Under the pieces are notes generated by a model. It saw only the letters and a list, made by a program, of their open reading frames with translations, did not search any database and was not told the DNA's origin. The translations under genes were made by a program, and so were the position numbers. A stretch of DNA of 64,000 bases. It comes from Macrostomum lignano. Lineage: Eukaryota. Shown here one piece after another: positions 1 to 13,788 of this stretch (its first letter is position 1; every line of letters begins with the position of its first letter). Location: NCBI GenBank assembly GCA_002269645.1, contig NIVC01000103.1, positions 803,393 through 867,392 of the forward strand. The letters run 5' to 3'.

Positions 1-234
1 TAACAATTACCAAGTTATTTTTAATGAGGCTTGATTTTTTTTAATTTTTTATATAGATAATATATACATACATGTACTATGTTGTAGCCCTGTTTTTTAA
101 GGCTGAGAGATTTCTTCAGATCAGACCTATTTGAGGACCCACACCAAGCAGCATCTTAGCAATGAGATTCTGAAGTGCATTAATGCCTAGTGACAGCCAA
201 CCTGGCTAGCTGTATGGCCTTTGTAAGGTTCATA

Positions 235-1135
235 AACCTGACAAACCCCTGAGACTGATTGTGTCTGATTAATACTGCTGAGTATGAACTTGCCAGATCC
301 CTGGATTGTCTGATCAAACCATGTGATGTAGTGCTCATTTTATAATAATACAGTACTTGTTTTATAGAATATTCTTTTTCTACAATTAAAACTTTTTTCT
401 TTCTTAGAAAGTAAACTGCATTCAACTTTCCACCTTTATTTTTTGTTTAACTACAGTGTTTCCAAATAATATTTGTTTATCAATTCCAATTGCCAGCTCC
501 TTCAAGCCTTGAGTCAAATCAGTCCAAAAAGTAAGGATTTTCTTTGCAGATTTGATGTGACTTTACTTTTTACCAATGTAACTTTGAAGCTAGCTATTGA
601 TCTTGCCACTGATCATATGTATAATATGAATCTGCCTGGGTTACTAAAGATGGTATTTAAAAAGTTATTAGAGGCTTTGCTATCTCTGGCATCTTCTTGT
701 TTGATGACAAATATTATTGCCAGATAGATGGCTGTGCCATGGGAAGCCTTCTTGCTCCTACTCTGGCCAATGTTTGCATGGCACACTGGGAAACTATCTC
801 TTGGGTATGCCCCAACTTTCTATAAGCACTATGTTGATGACACATTTGTCATTTTTGATAACCAAGCTAAGCACCAAGAGTTTTTTTCTGGCTTTGAACT
901 TAACCCACAGCAATATCCAATTCACCATTAAGATAGGAGGCAAAGACTTCCATTTTTTAATGTTGAAGTTAATCTAAGCAATGGCCAAGTCTCTGTTTGG
1001 GTTTATCACAAACCTATATTTATTACTTTACTGCTGAATTTCAATGCCCTCAGTCCAAGACAGTGGAATATTGGCCTGATCCAGTATATACTATATAGGG
1101 CTTACTCTATAGTTCCTAGGCCTTGTGTGTAGTTC
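235..1135 (+). mobile_element. Decayed Penelope-like retroelement reverse transcriptase remnant
   Basis: Frameshifted translation gives PLRLIVS..NTAEYELARSLDCLIKP, RFDVTLLFTNV, QIDGCAMGSLLAPTLANVCM, YKHYVDDTF and SNIQFTIK, which are the ordered motifs of Penelope-type RTs. Many stops and frameshifts. Confidence 0.8.
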
Positions 1136-1759
1136 CTAGAGTTTTTACTTTTTACCATAGACAATATTTAAAGAAGCTCTAAATGTATGCATTTTTCTTA
1201 TTTATTTTAGATTTAATTGCTTGCTCATAAGCCAAAGGCTTAAACTAGCATGTAAATGCAATTTCTTATGTTAAATTGATTTTTGTTAAGATGTTTCCAA
1301 ATTGGTTCTATAGTAGTATAGAAAAACACTGCAGCATACATGTGCAACCTCCAAAATTTGGTTGGCCATGTGACTTAGTTTTAACAAAAATGCAACATGG
1401 TTTTTTTGCTAAAAATGTGACTTACATGTAAAAAAACCCTAAAGCAAAATTACCACAACTTTGGGTAAATGGCAAGAGTAACTATGACTGTCTTTTAAAG
1501 CCAAAATGCCTTGTTAGCTACTTAGTGCTACTACTTGGTTATTTTTTCAGGTGGGCATTTTTGTGACTTCCTTGGTTGGCCACCAAATCGGTCGGCCAGA
1601 TCAGCTGACTTGGCTGACTATTGCGCATGTATGCCTTGCGGCCTTGAAGATTGAAGGGCAATTTAAACAATTTTTTTTATTTCCCATTCTAAATTATTTT
1701 ATTCATTTTTTCAGTTGATCATAGCTGGCTGACTACATGCACCATGATTTATTGTCAAC

Positions 1760-1920
1760 CCTGACCTTCCAAGTCCTACAATTGAGCTGTGTGACCTGGA
1801 CATAAACCACTGAGAGCTGACAAGCCTGACTAATAAGACAAGAATTGAATGGCTTGAGACCTATGGCCTACTATGTAATTCCATAGCATGCCAATTGCCA
1901 ACATTGCCTAGGCCATCAGT
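1760..1920 (+). pseudogene. Possible decayed Merlin/IS1595-like transposase N-terminus, interrupted by the MITE at 1929
   Basis: IEWLETYGLLCNSIAC, then (joined across the MITE) CQHC...DSICWSSTC. This loosely resembles the WL..GLL..C..C...W.C zinc ribbon of Merlin-like transposases. Weak. Confidence 0.25.
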
Positions 1921-1928
1921 ATGGTTAC

Positions 1929-2321
1929 TAGAGGTCGGACGGGATTGAAATCTTCGGGCGGGATTGGGATCGGGAATAATTTTTTTCTTGAGATTGGGAT
2001 CGGGATCAGGATTCGGGAATTGGGATCAGGTCTTTTAGTGTATTGTCCATGTAAAGTTAAACAAAATTGAGAAAAGATTGTCAAGATCAAGAAGTAAAAC
2101 ACAACAAAATTGATATGAAGTTTTGTAACCAACAAATTAAATAATGTAATGAGTACAAGTTAAAGCAAAATACCTTCAAGTAACCACTAATTCTATAAAT
2201 TATTAATCGAAAGACCTGTTCCCGAATCTCGAGTTTTTTAGGGTTGGGATTCTGGTCCCGCGGGAATTCAATTTTCCTCGGGATCCCGAGATTTTGGGAT
2301 CGGGATCCTGTCCAACCTCTA
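1929..2321. mobile_element. hAT-like MITE
   Basis: Imperfect TIRs TAGAGGTCGGACGGGAT / ATCCTGTCCAACCTCTA. Exact 8-bp TSD ATGGTTAC at 1921-1928 and 2322-2329. Confidence 0.85.
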
Positions 2322-2790
2322 ATGGTTACCAACGTCAAGCTGGTCGGGACTATTTTGATAGTATCTGCTGGTCCTCTACTTGCCCACTACTACCTTGCTG
2401 TGTGACTTTGTGAACATTTATTTATACATTTTCTCACTTGTCTTATTGCTGCAAACTCAAATTTATCATAAAATAATTTAAAGTGGGAAAGTTGAAAATT
2501 GCCAAATGAAGAGCCCATCAATTCCTATATACTAGCTCTTGGTGCAAAAATTTTAGATCATGTACAATTTGGTTGGTTATTGTCTTGAAGATCACTGATT
2601 AGAACTATTTTTGTCAGTGCAGTCCAATGTAGGTAGATGTCAAGGGCCCATTCCATATAAGATGGACATATTTGGAAAATAGAAAAAAGTCAACTTATAT
2701 TTTTGCTTGTCATTGCCTTATCAGCCAATTTTTTTACCAAATCTTTTTTGTATGTAATGTATACAATCCAAGAATATATAAATGATAAAA

Positions 2791-3470
2791 GGCAGTGCTT
2801 ATCCCCACGGTACCGTAGGAATAATTTCTGTCTTATTCCAACAGTACCGTGCGAATAATTTTCTGCTTATCTGCACGGCACACTGAGGAGATAGCTGCCC
2901 TATCTTCTACATATGCCATGCGAATAATTTTCTGCTTATCCGAATTGCGAATTTGCGAATTCACATGAGTAGTAAAATTCTACGGAAGCGGCAATGGACT
3001 ATATAAGTCACGGCGAGATCAGATTAGACTTTGCTAAAAATTTAAATAATAAACAATTCTTAGAGTTAATTTAATTTAAATTATTTGTTACTACACAAAA
3101 AAATTCTTTCTCATAGAAAAGTCGTTAAATCTTTATTTCTTTAGAACAAATGTTCAAGCCAAGTTTTGTTGTTATACTGCACTCAAATCTAAATATACTA
3201 AATCTCTAATATTTGTTTGTTTGTATGCTTGAATGTCCATAACACTCGAGTTGTATGTACTAAACTTCCCACATGGCTTATGTAGAAGATAGGGCAGCTA
3301 TCTCCTCAGTGTGCCGTGCGGATAAGCAGAAAATTATTCGCACGGCATGTGTAGAAGATAGGGCAGCTATCTCCTCAGTGTGCCATGCGGATAAGCAGAA
3401 AATTATTCGCACGGTACCGTTGGAATAAGATAGAAATTATTTCTATGGTACCGTGGGGATAAGCACTGCC
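2791..3470. mobile_element. Mutator-like (MULE) MITE with long TIRs
   Basis: TIRs begin GGCAGTGCTTATCCCCACGGTACC and extend ~150-190 bp with internal subrepeats. Exact 9-bp TSD ATGATAAAA at 2782-2790 and 3471-3479. Confidence 0.85.
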
Positions 3471-5194
3471 ATGATAAAATGTTAGATTAGTATATTATTA
3501 ATTAGCAAAAAGTTATTTTTGTAAAAAATTGGACATTTTCTAAGCAAAAGACATCATTAAGTTTATGTACCTTTTAAAAACAAATAGAAAGCTTTAGAAG
3601 GTTAAAACAAACTATATATAAAATTATAGTACTTGCATCATTAGATAAAAACATTAGCAACCATATAATCTATTATATTTTTAATATATTAGTACTTCAA
3701 AATTACTGAATTGACAGAAAAAAATATGTTACGACCATAAGGCTGCCTTTTCATCTTTGTTGCCTTTTTGAGTTCATATATTCTAATAAAAGAGTATGAC
3801 TTCTAAAGATGTTCTTAGTCAAATTTAAAAAAAAAATATTGCAAAATATCAAAAAATAAAAATGTTATAAGACTTTTACCCTTTAGTTTCTATATGTCAA
3901 AAATCCTATTGTTATAACTATAAGTGCTATTCAAGGTTTAATAGCATCTATACTAATAATGATATCTATAGATAGGCCCTAGATATTTAACTTTATAAAT
4001 ATAGGCCTATTCTTGACAAAATAATATTTCATTCAAAATATTTGTTTAGTATAGGGGGCCTATTCTATTATTAGATTTCATTTTATAAGTAAAAATAGTC
4101 TGTCATGTTACAACCATAATTATATGGAATGGCCCCAGCCCAATCCATTGTGGCGTGGCATTGCATTGCATTGCAGTTGCAGCTGAAAAATAGCAAACTT
4201 AAATGAAAAATAATTTAACACAGGAAGCTGTTTTATTATTTATGCCAGCAGCCAGCTTAACTTACATGCAAATGCTATATTAAGAAACCATTGAATTTAG
4301 CACTATGTGCCCAGCCTGTCTATATTTTAATAAGAGTAAACTGTCCTAAGTAAACCAGGCCAATCTAATTTAATGAAAGTCAGCCAACACAACCTTATCA
4401 CCCAATATTGCCAGAGTATTCGACAAATAATTAGGGTCTTCTCTCATCGTCTCATGTAGGCCCCTGCCCCTACTAAAAAATGTATGTTTCACATTTTCAT
4501 ATCATGGTAGATACTGTAAACTAGCTTATAATGTAAGTCTATTACAGGCTCTAAGCTATAGTCTGTATAGTTTCAAGCATTATAAAGTGCAGAAAAAGCA
4601 TTCTGAAAAGGCTGAAATATAATTTAACTGGTAGCGTAGCCGCGCGGAAACAAATTTTGACGCCCTTAATTTGAAAGAGAAAATTTCTGTCAAAGATTCA
4701 CCAAATTTAAATTTCAAACTTATTCTTCTTGGTCCATCCCAACAAAGCTGAAAAAAACAAAGTGGCGCGAAGCAACGATTTCCAGTTATCATGATAATTG
4801 GAGCATAAAGTATACTTATGTGCGCATTATAATAATTATAAGCATCAAGGCAGCAAAATTTAAATTTTGGTAAATATATTATTTCGGATATACCGGTACA
4901 TGATGTCTTGTTGTGCGGAATGTCAAACTTAGCACCTGAATACAGGAGCCTGAAGTGACCAAACTGACTGAAATCAATAAATTCTCACGCCAATCAACTA
5001 ATAACACCCATACTTCTCATCCCTTTTACTCAAAGGACCTATTGCATCGATTTTCGACTTTAGGCTTAAAATTTTCATGTACCATGCATGCATGTTCACG
5101 ACTTTTGTAGTAGGTTTATACATGCACATGTGCACATTTTACGTAAGGTATACTTTTTAAAGAAAAAAAATTGTGGCAAACATAGACTTAGGCA

Positions 5195-5867
5195 CAAGGA
5201 CGACTTAAGTAGGACGGGAAACCTCGTTTCGTTTCTTAGAAAATTTTTGAAGGCACAGGAAATTTTCATTTTTTCTGCACAAAAATTGCTACTACTTTTG
5301 ATAGGAGGCAGATCCAGTGCTCATCTTTTGATATGTTGTGCCTTTTTATTGCTCTATCGATATTTATAAAGCTTTTTGTTCAGAAAATTATATTTCTATG
5401 TTAATTTTTATTCTACGTATATTTCCTGTACCTAAAAATCACAAAAATGCATGACACAGCTACAATATTTGGTTTTATGAATCTATTTTATCATCTCTGT
5501 TACGAATATTTGCTACACAGTCAGTTAAGAATGACAAAATAGACTCATTAAACCAAAGAGCCGAGCCGTGGCATTCTAATGTATTTCAAGCACAAGTTAC
5601 GTGAAAATTAATATACGTAGAATAAAAAATTAACATAGAAATATAATTTTCTGAACGAAAAGCTTTACAAATATCGATAGAGCAATAAAAAAGGCACAAC
5701 ATATTAAAAGATGAACACTGGATCTGCCTCCTATTAAAAGTAATAGCAATTTTTGTGCTGAAAAAATGAAAACTTCCTATCTCCGTAGTGTAGTTTTTCG
5801 GGAAAAAGTGCCTTCAAAATTTTTCTAAGAAACGAGGTTTTCCGTCCTTCTACTTAAGTCGTCCTTG
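5195..5867. mobile_element. Non-autonomous TIR element (P- or hAT-like MITE)
   Basis: Long inverted arms (~5195-5420 and ~5610-5867) starting CAAGGACGACTTAAGTAG. Exact 8-bp TSD CTTAGGCA at 5187-5194 and 5868-5875. Confidence 0.85.
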
Positions 5868-6352
5868 CTTAGGCAGTGGCACTCAGCACCATGCCTTCAT
5901 TCTTGCTTGGGGGTTCAGATGTACGTCGATCGCGGCAAGAGCGCACTGTATGTACATGTACATGTAAATTACAGTGTAAACTCGTACAGTTGGGCTGTGA
6001 AAGGATAGTTAACTGACTCATGCCACTTACTTGCACCTCAACATACTGTCTTGAACTTCGAATATATATGTCGTTTTGTATAAAATAGAACTACATGTGT
6101 CATGTACATGTATACATGTGTGTGTGTGTATAATTGATTTCTCACGTCCTTTCAATTTTTTTTCGGTAATAATGAAAGTACAACGATGAGTAATCTTGGT
6201 TCTTCATAAATTTGTAGTGTGTAAAGTTTATTGTGTGTATAGCATTGGTAATTGGTTTCATTTTACACGTAGGTAGTAAAGTAACGCAAAACTCATACAA
6301 GAAAATCTCAATTGCTCAAAACTAACATTATGCAATCAACGAATCGAGTCAA

Positions 6353-6790
6353 TTACTTCGGTGGCAGGTGCATCGCGTCGCGCAGCTGGGTGATCGCCTT
6401 CCTCACCACCTGCTCGCTGGAGTTGTCGCTGCTCATCGCCCGGTCCAGCGGGCCGGAGACGCTGCTCCGCTCGCGCGCTACTCGGCGCTTGAGCACGAAA
6501 CTTGGTTGTCGATAAGTCGATTTTCCGGCTTTGTTGATGCCGGTAGAAGTGGAATTATCCGGCTGTGTCAGCACGTTCGAATAGATTACCTGGCTGAACG
6601 GGTAGCGCTTGCAGAAACCGCTCGATTCAGCTGGTGGCATCGCCTGATCATCGGGTTGTCCGGCTGAAGCAGCTCCAGCAGGAAATTGCTTCTTTTTGTG
6701 AGTTGTGTAATAGCGAGCCGTTAGCAAGGCGTTGGGCGTCAGTGAGAGACTCGTCTGCAAGGTTTTTTGGAGAAGTTGATGCTGTCAGAG

Positions 6791-6878
<88 letters not shown>

Positions 6879-6879
6879 G

Positions 6880-6963
<84 letters not shown>

Positions 6964-6966
6964 TGG

Positions 6967-7039
<73 letters not shown>

Positions 7040-7086
7040 GCCTGTCTGCCTGCCTGTCTGTCTGTCTGCCTGTCTGCCTGTCTGCC

Positions 7087-7171
<85 letters not shown>

Positions 7172-7294
7172 TTCTGTCTGTCTGTCTGTGTGTGTGTCTG
7201 TGTCTGTCTGTCTGTCTGTCTGTGTCCTAATGTCTGTCTGTCTGTCTGTGTCCTAATGTCTGTCTGTATGTCTGTGTCCTAATGTCTGTCTTAG

Positions 7295-7330
<36 letters not shown>

Positions 7331-7339
7331 GGTCTGTCG

Positions 7340-7418
<79 letters not shown>

Positions 7419-7419
7419 G

Positions 7420-7507
<88 letters not shown>

Positions 7508-10500
7508 TGGTGTCTGTGTTAGTCGAAGGCAACAAAACGCAGACCTGTCCCTTGAAAAAGTCGCCATCAGATTCCCTGTGCGGTACCGGATGCGGTCTAT
7601 ACGACGATCGATGCCAGGCGTTGACGCGACCACTCTCGGCGGCCGGCAGGTGCGAGCCACCGTGCCAGTTGCAGTAGTCCTTGAGCAGAGTTGGTGGCTG
7701 CTTTGACAAGTTGAAGGTCCGTTTCTGTCCGACAGACTTCTGCTGTTGTTGCAGATCCTGCTCAGAACTGAAAACTGACATACTTTATTTTCAAACTGAG
7801 AAAGATAATTAGCGCGCATATACTTGTATAAAAACTTTTTGCTTGCTTATTTGATGGTCAGTTTCTTTTATAGTAGCTAGGCTTTTTCAGCTTTGGGTGT
7901 CGATTGCTTCATGGATAACACTGCCCTAGAAAGGGCGAGAGGAGAGAGAGAGAGATGGAGAGAGAGTTTCAAAGCAGGTTTTGCGCGAGACCTCCAGCAG
8001 ATGCAATTGGTCCCGGCCGCGGTCTTTACCTGCCGTCGCGCGCTTTGATTCTAACGGCCTTTGGGGTATTAGTGAATGCAAGCGGGTGTAGAGATACGAA
8101 ATGCTTTGCCCTCTAAAGTACTCAAGACAGACAGAGATGGAGAAAGAGTCTGGGACAGTCTATAAACTGTCTGCTATGGTGGACACAAGCACAAAAACAA
8201 ACAATATGAGCTTTTAAAAGGTGATGCCCTGTGGTTAAAGGCGAAGTACTGCGCTCAAAGTACTTAAATGATCAGAAATGATATAAAGCCTATAATAAGA
8301 TTTCATTTACAAGCGTATGTCACTACTTTGGTGAGTAGGTTAGTTAGTAGGATGCAAACTCAAATACAATGTCGGCAATACATGTAGATGCAATTTATTA
8401 AAGTGTATGTAAGTAAAGTTGTGTAAGTAAAGACAATATAGACTATAACACGAAATATAATTAGCACTCCCTTAGGTGTTAGTTTCTATGTAACACGGAA
8501 AATTCGATTACATATTTGTTAAAATAAGATAAACTTAGAAACTTCTCATTTCTACCAATACAACTAAATTACTTTCTCTGAAGGAACGAGGTCAATAGAT
8601 TTGTGGAGCTACAGGTAAAAGCAACACACAGGATCTGTGACAGTAACTATAGAGCCTATATAACTACGATTGTAGCATCTAGCTCAAGCTGAGATGTTCG
8701 GAACCCAGGAAATACAGGGCAGCTAACGTTCGCCAAATTCTTCTTGGGGTTGGTTAAAAGCTACACGTCGGAAGAGGGTTGGGAATTGGCCCCGATATTA
8801 TTGCAGAAAATACTTACCACTGTTAATACAATACGGTTAAACCCACACAGTGTGCCCTCCGATATGAAACACTCAGCCCTTGCAAAGGACATTTAGAACC
8901 TCCGCGATCCACAGGGGCGTCGTCATGGATTTTATGGTGGGGACAAAGCCAAGAATTTTAAATTTACATGTACATGACTAAATTCCTACATGTAGATTAC
9001 ATGTATTTTCAGAATCGGTGTTGCCAGCACTCATTTTAGCGCCGCAGACACTCAATTTAGCGCCACAGGCACTCATTTTAGCGCCGCAGTCACTCATTTT
9101 AGCGCCGCAGTCACTCATTTTAGCACTGCAGGCACTCATTTTAGCGCCGCAGACACTCAGTTTAGCGCCGCAGGCACTCATTTTGGCGCCGCAGGCACTC
9201 ATTTTAGCACCGCAGGCACTCATTTTAGCGCCGCAGGCACTCATTTTAGCACCGCAGGCACTCAGTTTAGCGCCGCAGGCACTCATTTTAGCACCGCAGG
9301 CACTCAGTTTAGCGCTGCAGGCACTCATTTTAGCACTGCAGGCACTCATTTTGGCGCCGCAGGCACTCATTTCGGCGCCGCAGGAACCATTTTAGTGCCG
9401 CAGGCACTCATTTTAGCGCCGCAGACAGTCATTTTAGCGCCGCAGGCACTCATTTTAGCACCGCAGGCACTCATTTTAGCGCCGCAGGCACTCATTTTAG
9501 CACCGCAGGCACTCATTTTAGCGCCGCAGGCACTCATTTTAGCACCGCAGGCACTCAGTTTAGCGCCGCAGGCACTCATTTTGGCGCCGCAGGCACTCAT
9601 TTTAGCACCGCAGGCACTCATTTTAGCGCCGCAGGCACTCATTTTAGCACCGCAGGCACTCAGTTTAGCGCCGCAGGCACTCATTTTTGCACCGCAGGCA
9701 CTCAGTTTAGCGCCGCAGGCACTCATTTTAGCACTGCAGGCACTCATTTTGGCGCCGCAGGCACTCATTTCGGCGCCGCAGGAACCATTTTAGTGCCGCA
9801 GGCACTCATTTTAGCGCCGCAGACAGTCATTTTAGCGCCGCAGGCACTCATTTTAGCACCGCAGGCACTCATTTTAGCGCCGCAGGCACTCATTTTAGCG
9901 CCGCAGGCACTCATTTTAGCACCGCAGGCACTCATTTTAGCACCGCAGGCACTCATTTTGGCGCCGCAGGCACTCATTTTGGCGCCGCAGGCACTCATTT
10001 TAGCGCCGCAGTCACAATTTTGGTGCCACAGGAACCATTTTAGTGCCGCAGGCACTCATTTTAGCGCCGCAGACAGTCATTTTAGCGCCGCAGGCACTCA
10101 TTTTAGCACCGCAGGCACTCATTTTAGCGCCGCAGGCACTCATTTTAGCACCGCAGGCACTCATTTTAGCGCCGCAGGCACTCATTTTAGCACCGCAGGC
10201 ACTCAGTTTAGCGCCGCAGGCACTCATTTTGGCGCCGCAGGCACTCATTTTAGCACCGCAGGCACTCATTTTAGCGCCGCAGGCACTCATTTTAGCACCG
10301 CAGGCACTCAGTTTAGCGCCGCAGGCACTCATTTTAGCGCCGCAGGCACTCAGTTTAGCGCCGCAGGCACTCATTTTAGCACTGCAGGCACTCATTTTGG
10401 CGCCGCAGGCACTCATTTCGGCGCCGCAGGAACCATTTTAGTGCCGCAGGCACTCATTTTAGCGCCGCAGTCATTTTAGCGCCGCAGGCACTCATTTTAG

Positions 10501-11248
10501 CACCGCAGGCACTCATTTTAGCGCCGCAGGCACTCATTTTAGCACCGCAGGCACTCATTTTAGCGCCGCAGGCACTCATTTTGGCGCCGCAGGCACTCAT
10601 TTTGGCGCCGCAGGCACTCATTTTAGCGCCGCAGTCACAATTTTGGTGCCACAGGCGCTATGTTTTATTTTGTGGCGCTGAAGCAAAATTATTTATTTTC
10701 ATAACAGGTTAACAAAGGGGAGTGGGGGGATAAAACGTTGGCTCCCCTGTCCCCCCTGCCCCCCCCCCACCGGTGGCGACGCCCCTGGCGATCCATTCTC
10801 AGACCTGTCTTGATCAAGAAGTAGTTCAAGAATCCGCATTAACCCGGTCACTCTGACTACCAGTCGGCTGCATCTCAGCGGTCAAGCAGATCCTCTTTGA
10901 TAGCATCTCGTGCAGCCAGTCGGGCACGCGAGCGACGATCGCGTGAAGTTGACGCTTCAACGCTTCCCGTCGAAAGTTGTCGTCCGGACCGGGAGTCAAC
11001 TGCAGCAGGTCGGCGGTGGCCTGTTGTACTGCCGCCAGCACTTCAGGCTCGTTTGACAAAGTATTGCAGACGAATTCCACCATTGAACGGGCGTGCAGGC
11101 GCTCCCAGCGTTGGAGAAATCGTGCGATGAGTTGGCGAAGTTTACCTTCGATCAGCTGATTGTTGGAACTCACTGCCGTGTTGCTGTGACGACGACGAGT
11201 TACGCGTGAAAATTGCTGGCTGTCCGGTGTTGTCGCTGCGCCATGCAT
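6353..11248 (-). CDS. Putative 3-exon gene of unknown function
   Basis: Exons 11248-10805, 7767-7545 and 6781-6353 have canonical GT-AG sites. Exons 2 and 3 join in frame (..DGDFFKGQ|HQLLQKT..). Exon 1 needs a 1-nt correction near 10880 to use the phase-2 donor at 10805. No recognisable domain. Confidence 0.5.
6791..7515. repeat. (TCTG)n microsatellite filling an intron
   Basis: Direct observation; ~720 bp with variant units. Confidence 0.97.
8912..10787 (+). mobile_element. hAT-type non-autonomous element carrying a 21-bp minisatellite
   Basis: TIRs CAGGGGCGTCG / CGACGCCCCTG. Exact 8-bp TSD GCGATCCA at 8904-8911 and 10788-10795. Confidence 0.88.
9030..10650. repeat. 21-bp minisatellite (CACTCATTTTAGCGCCGCAGG) with ~398-bp higher-order duplication
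   Basis: The variant unit GGAACCATTTTAGTG recurs at 9383, 9781, 10031 and 10429. Confidence 0.95.
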
Positions 11249-12409
11249 GTCGAATATGAGGGCAATCTGTTTATAAATAAAACCAGAGTTTGAAGTTATC
11301 TGTTGATAGCTCGTATCGAACGCTTAAAATCCCAAAGTTGGTGCATGTTTCCGGGATGTTATTTTTACCACAGACATATAACTCAGGGTTAGATTTTTTA
11401 AAATCTCCGGCTTTTGTACAAGTAACGCACGAGTTTTGAGGGTGACGCATGGTTAAAAACAATTTAGTTTGTTCCAGTCACACCAGAATGGAGTCACACT
11501 ACCATAGCGTACTTAAAATCAATTGTTAATAACGACGAAGCAGTTATTGAAGTTAAAATTGAGCTGACGCCCACCACCAGACTGATAAGAGTTGAGTAGC
11601 GCATGTCGCTAGTAGACTGTGATGAGTCTTGGTGTCCACCTGTTAGTCAACCAGACGGTTTAATAACTGTCTTTCGTCTGACATTTTGTGTATGCTGCAG
11701 TTTTAGGCGGATCAAATTAAATCGTGTTTGAAGTTGAGGAGCTAAATTAAAGAGGTATGAATCGAGCAGTGATCTTCTCCTTCATTAGATGGCTTGACGG
11801 TCACAAAGAAGATAAATGTTGTCTACCGGTACGGTGAAGAATGAGGGGGCTTCGCCCCCAACCCCTTAGTATGATTTCCCATGTACTAAAAATGATATAT
11901 ATTCTAAATTCCTTATGTCTATAACTGTAGCTTACAACTGCGTTGCATTTTATCAGATATATGCAGTATCGTGTACAGATAATAAAACACTAGATATTTC
12001 ACCCTGCATTGAGTAAAGCCATTTTTGTTTATCCGATTGATTGTTTTGTTTATTCGATTGCTCTTTTTGTGATAAATATTCATTGAAATTATAATTGTTT
12101 AAGATTGCTTATACATTGGAATAAATTTTACAATTTTAATACTACTATAGTATATCAAGCTGGCTTCAACCTTCAGTGTTTTTTGTCATGTACAGTCTGT
12201 TATTCAGAGGCTTTGAGGCAAAATTCGCGCTCCGAAACCAGTTACTGCCCGGCTAAACAATGCTACTCTTAGTAGTCAAATGTTCTATAACTGCTTCAGA
12301 GCTGGGGCAGCCAAGTGCTGGATCGGAAATGCGTTTGACTCTCCCAGTTAAACTGGTGGGTTTGTTGGCGATGTCAGCGAAGTTTAACTGTTAGATACAA
12401 ATTTCACCT

Positions 12410-13170
12410 GCTAGATACTGACGTTTACCTGTTAGATACCGATGTCACCTGTTAGATACCTGTTATATACTGATGTCACCTGTTAGATACTAATGTCACC
12501 TGTTAGATACTGATGTCACCTGTTAGATACTGGTGTCACATGTTAGATACTGGTGTCACCTGTTAGATACTGATGTCACACGATAGATACTGATGTCACC
12601 TGTTAGATACTGATGTCACCTGTTAGATACTGATGTCACCTGTTAGATACTGATGTCACCTGTTAGATACTGATGTCACCTGTAAGATACTGGTGTCACC
12701 TGTTAGCCACTGGTGTCACCTGTTAGATACTGATGTCACCTGTTAGATACTGATGTCACACGATAGATACTGATGTCACCTGTTAGATACTGATGTCACC
12801 TGTTAGATACTGATGTCACCTGTTAGATACTGATGTCACCTGTTAGATACTGATGTCACCTGTTAGATACTGATGTCACCTGTTAGATACTGATGTCACC
12901 TGTTAGATACTGATGTCACCTGTTAGCTACTGGTGTCACCTGTTAGATACTGGTGTCACCTGTTAGATACTGATGTCACACGATAGATACTGATGTCACC
13001 TGTTAGATACTGATGTCACCTGTTAGATACTGATGTCACCTGTTAGATACTGATGTCACCTGTTAGATACTGATGTCACCTGTTAGATACTGATGTCACC
13101 TGTTAGATACTGATGTCACCTGTTAGATACCGATGTCAACTGTTAGATACCGGTGTCACCTGTTAGATAC
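12410..13170. repeat. 20-bp minisatellite (TGATGTCACCTGTTAGATAC)
   Basis: Direct observation. Confidence 0.95.
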
Positions 13171-13788
13171 TGATGTAAAGTGTCGCTGGCAAACCCAACC
13201 GACCATTCTCCATCTGTTTCGAGCTCAGCAACACAAAATCCTCAGTTATAAGCTTTTTTTCTGCAAAATATTTGCCATACAATTGCAAACTAAATTGAAA
13301 ATCGTCAGAAAGCTCCGCTTGGTTTCCAGGCCTCAGCCCTGCCCTCCCTCCCCTCTCCATCTCTCTCCCCTCGTGTCTCAGCTGCCGCCCCATTAACCCT
13401 GCCCACTGGCAATGCACTTGCTATGCCGAGCACGCAGCCACAGTCAGCTCTCATTGTTTAACTCAGCAGAGCTCGCAGCATCTCACTGCTCCTGCATCTC
13501 TCACCCCGCTGAGCAGAGCAGCTGCCGGACCCCCTGGCACCCTATCAGGCCTCAAACACAGCCGCTGGGTCAGAGAAGAGAATCGGCCTCAGTCCATTTA
13601 AACAAATTTCTCTGCACAGGGAGAGCTCAGAGATTTCAGTCCGTGACAGCCGGACTTTTGCTGCTGCGGCTGAGCTGGCAGGCAAATTCGCTTGAAGAAG
13701 AGCAAAGCACTCAGTTTGAAGCCGTGTGGAACAGCTGCGGAAGACAGCAGATCGGCAGAGAAGCGCTGCTAGGAGAAGCAGTGTAGCC

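Noticed and set aside
6634-7819. SVCL/TDRQ-repeat ORFs
   Set aside because: (TCTG)n microsatellite translations; the same applies at 54100-54715.
8978-10479. MSACGAK / LILAPQA repeat ORFs, also at 25459-26200
   Set aside because: The 21-bp minisatellite inside a MITE is open in several frames by construction.
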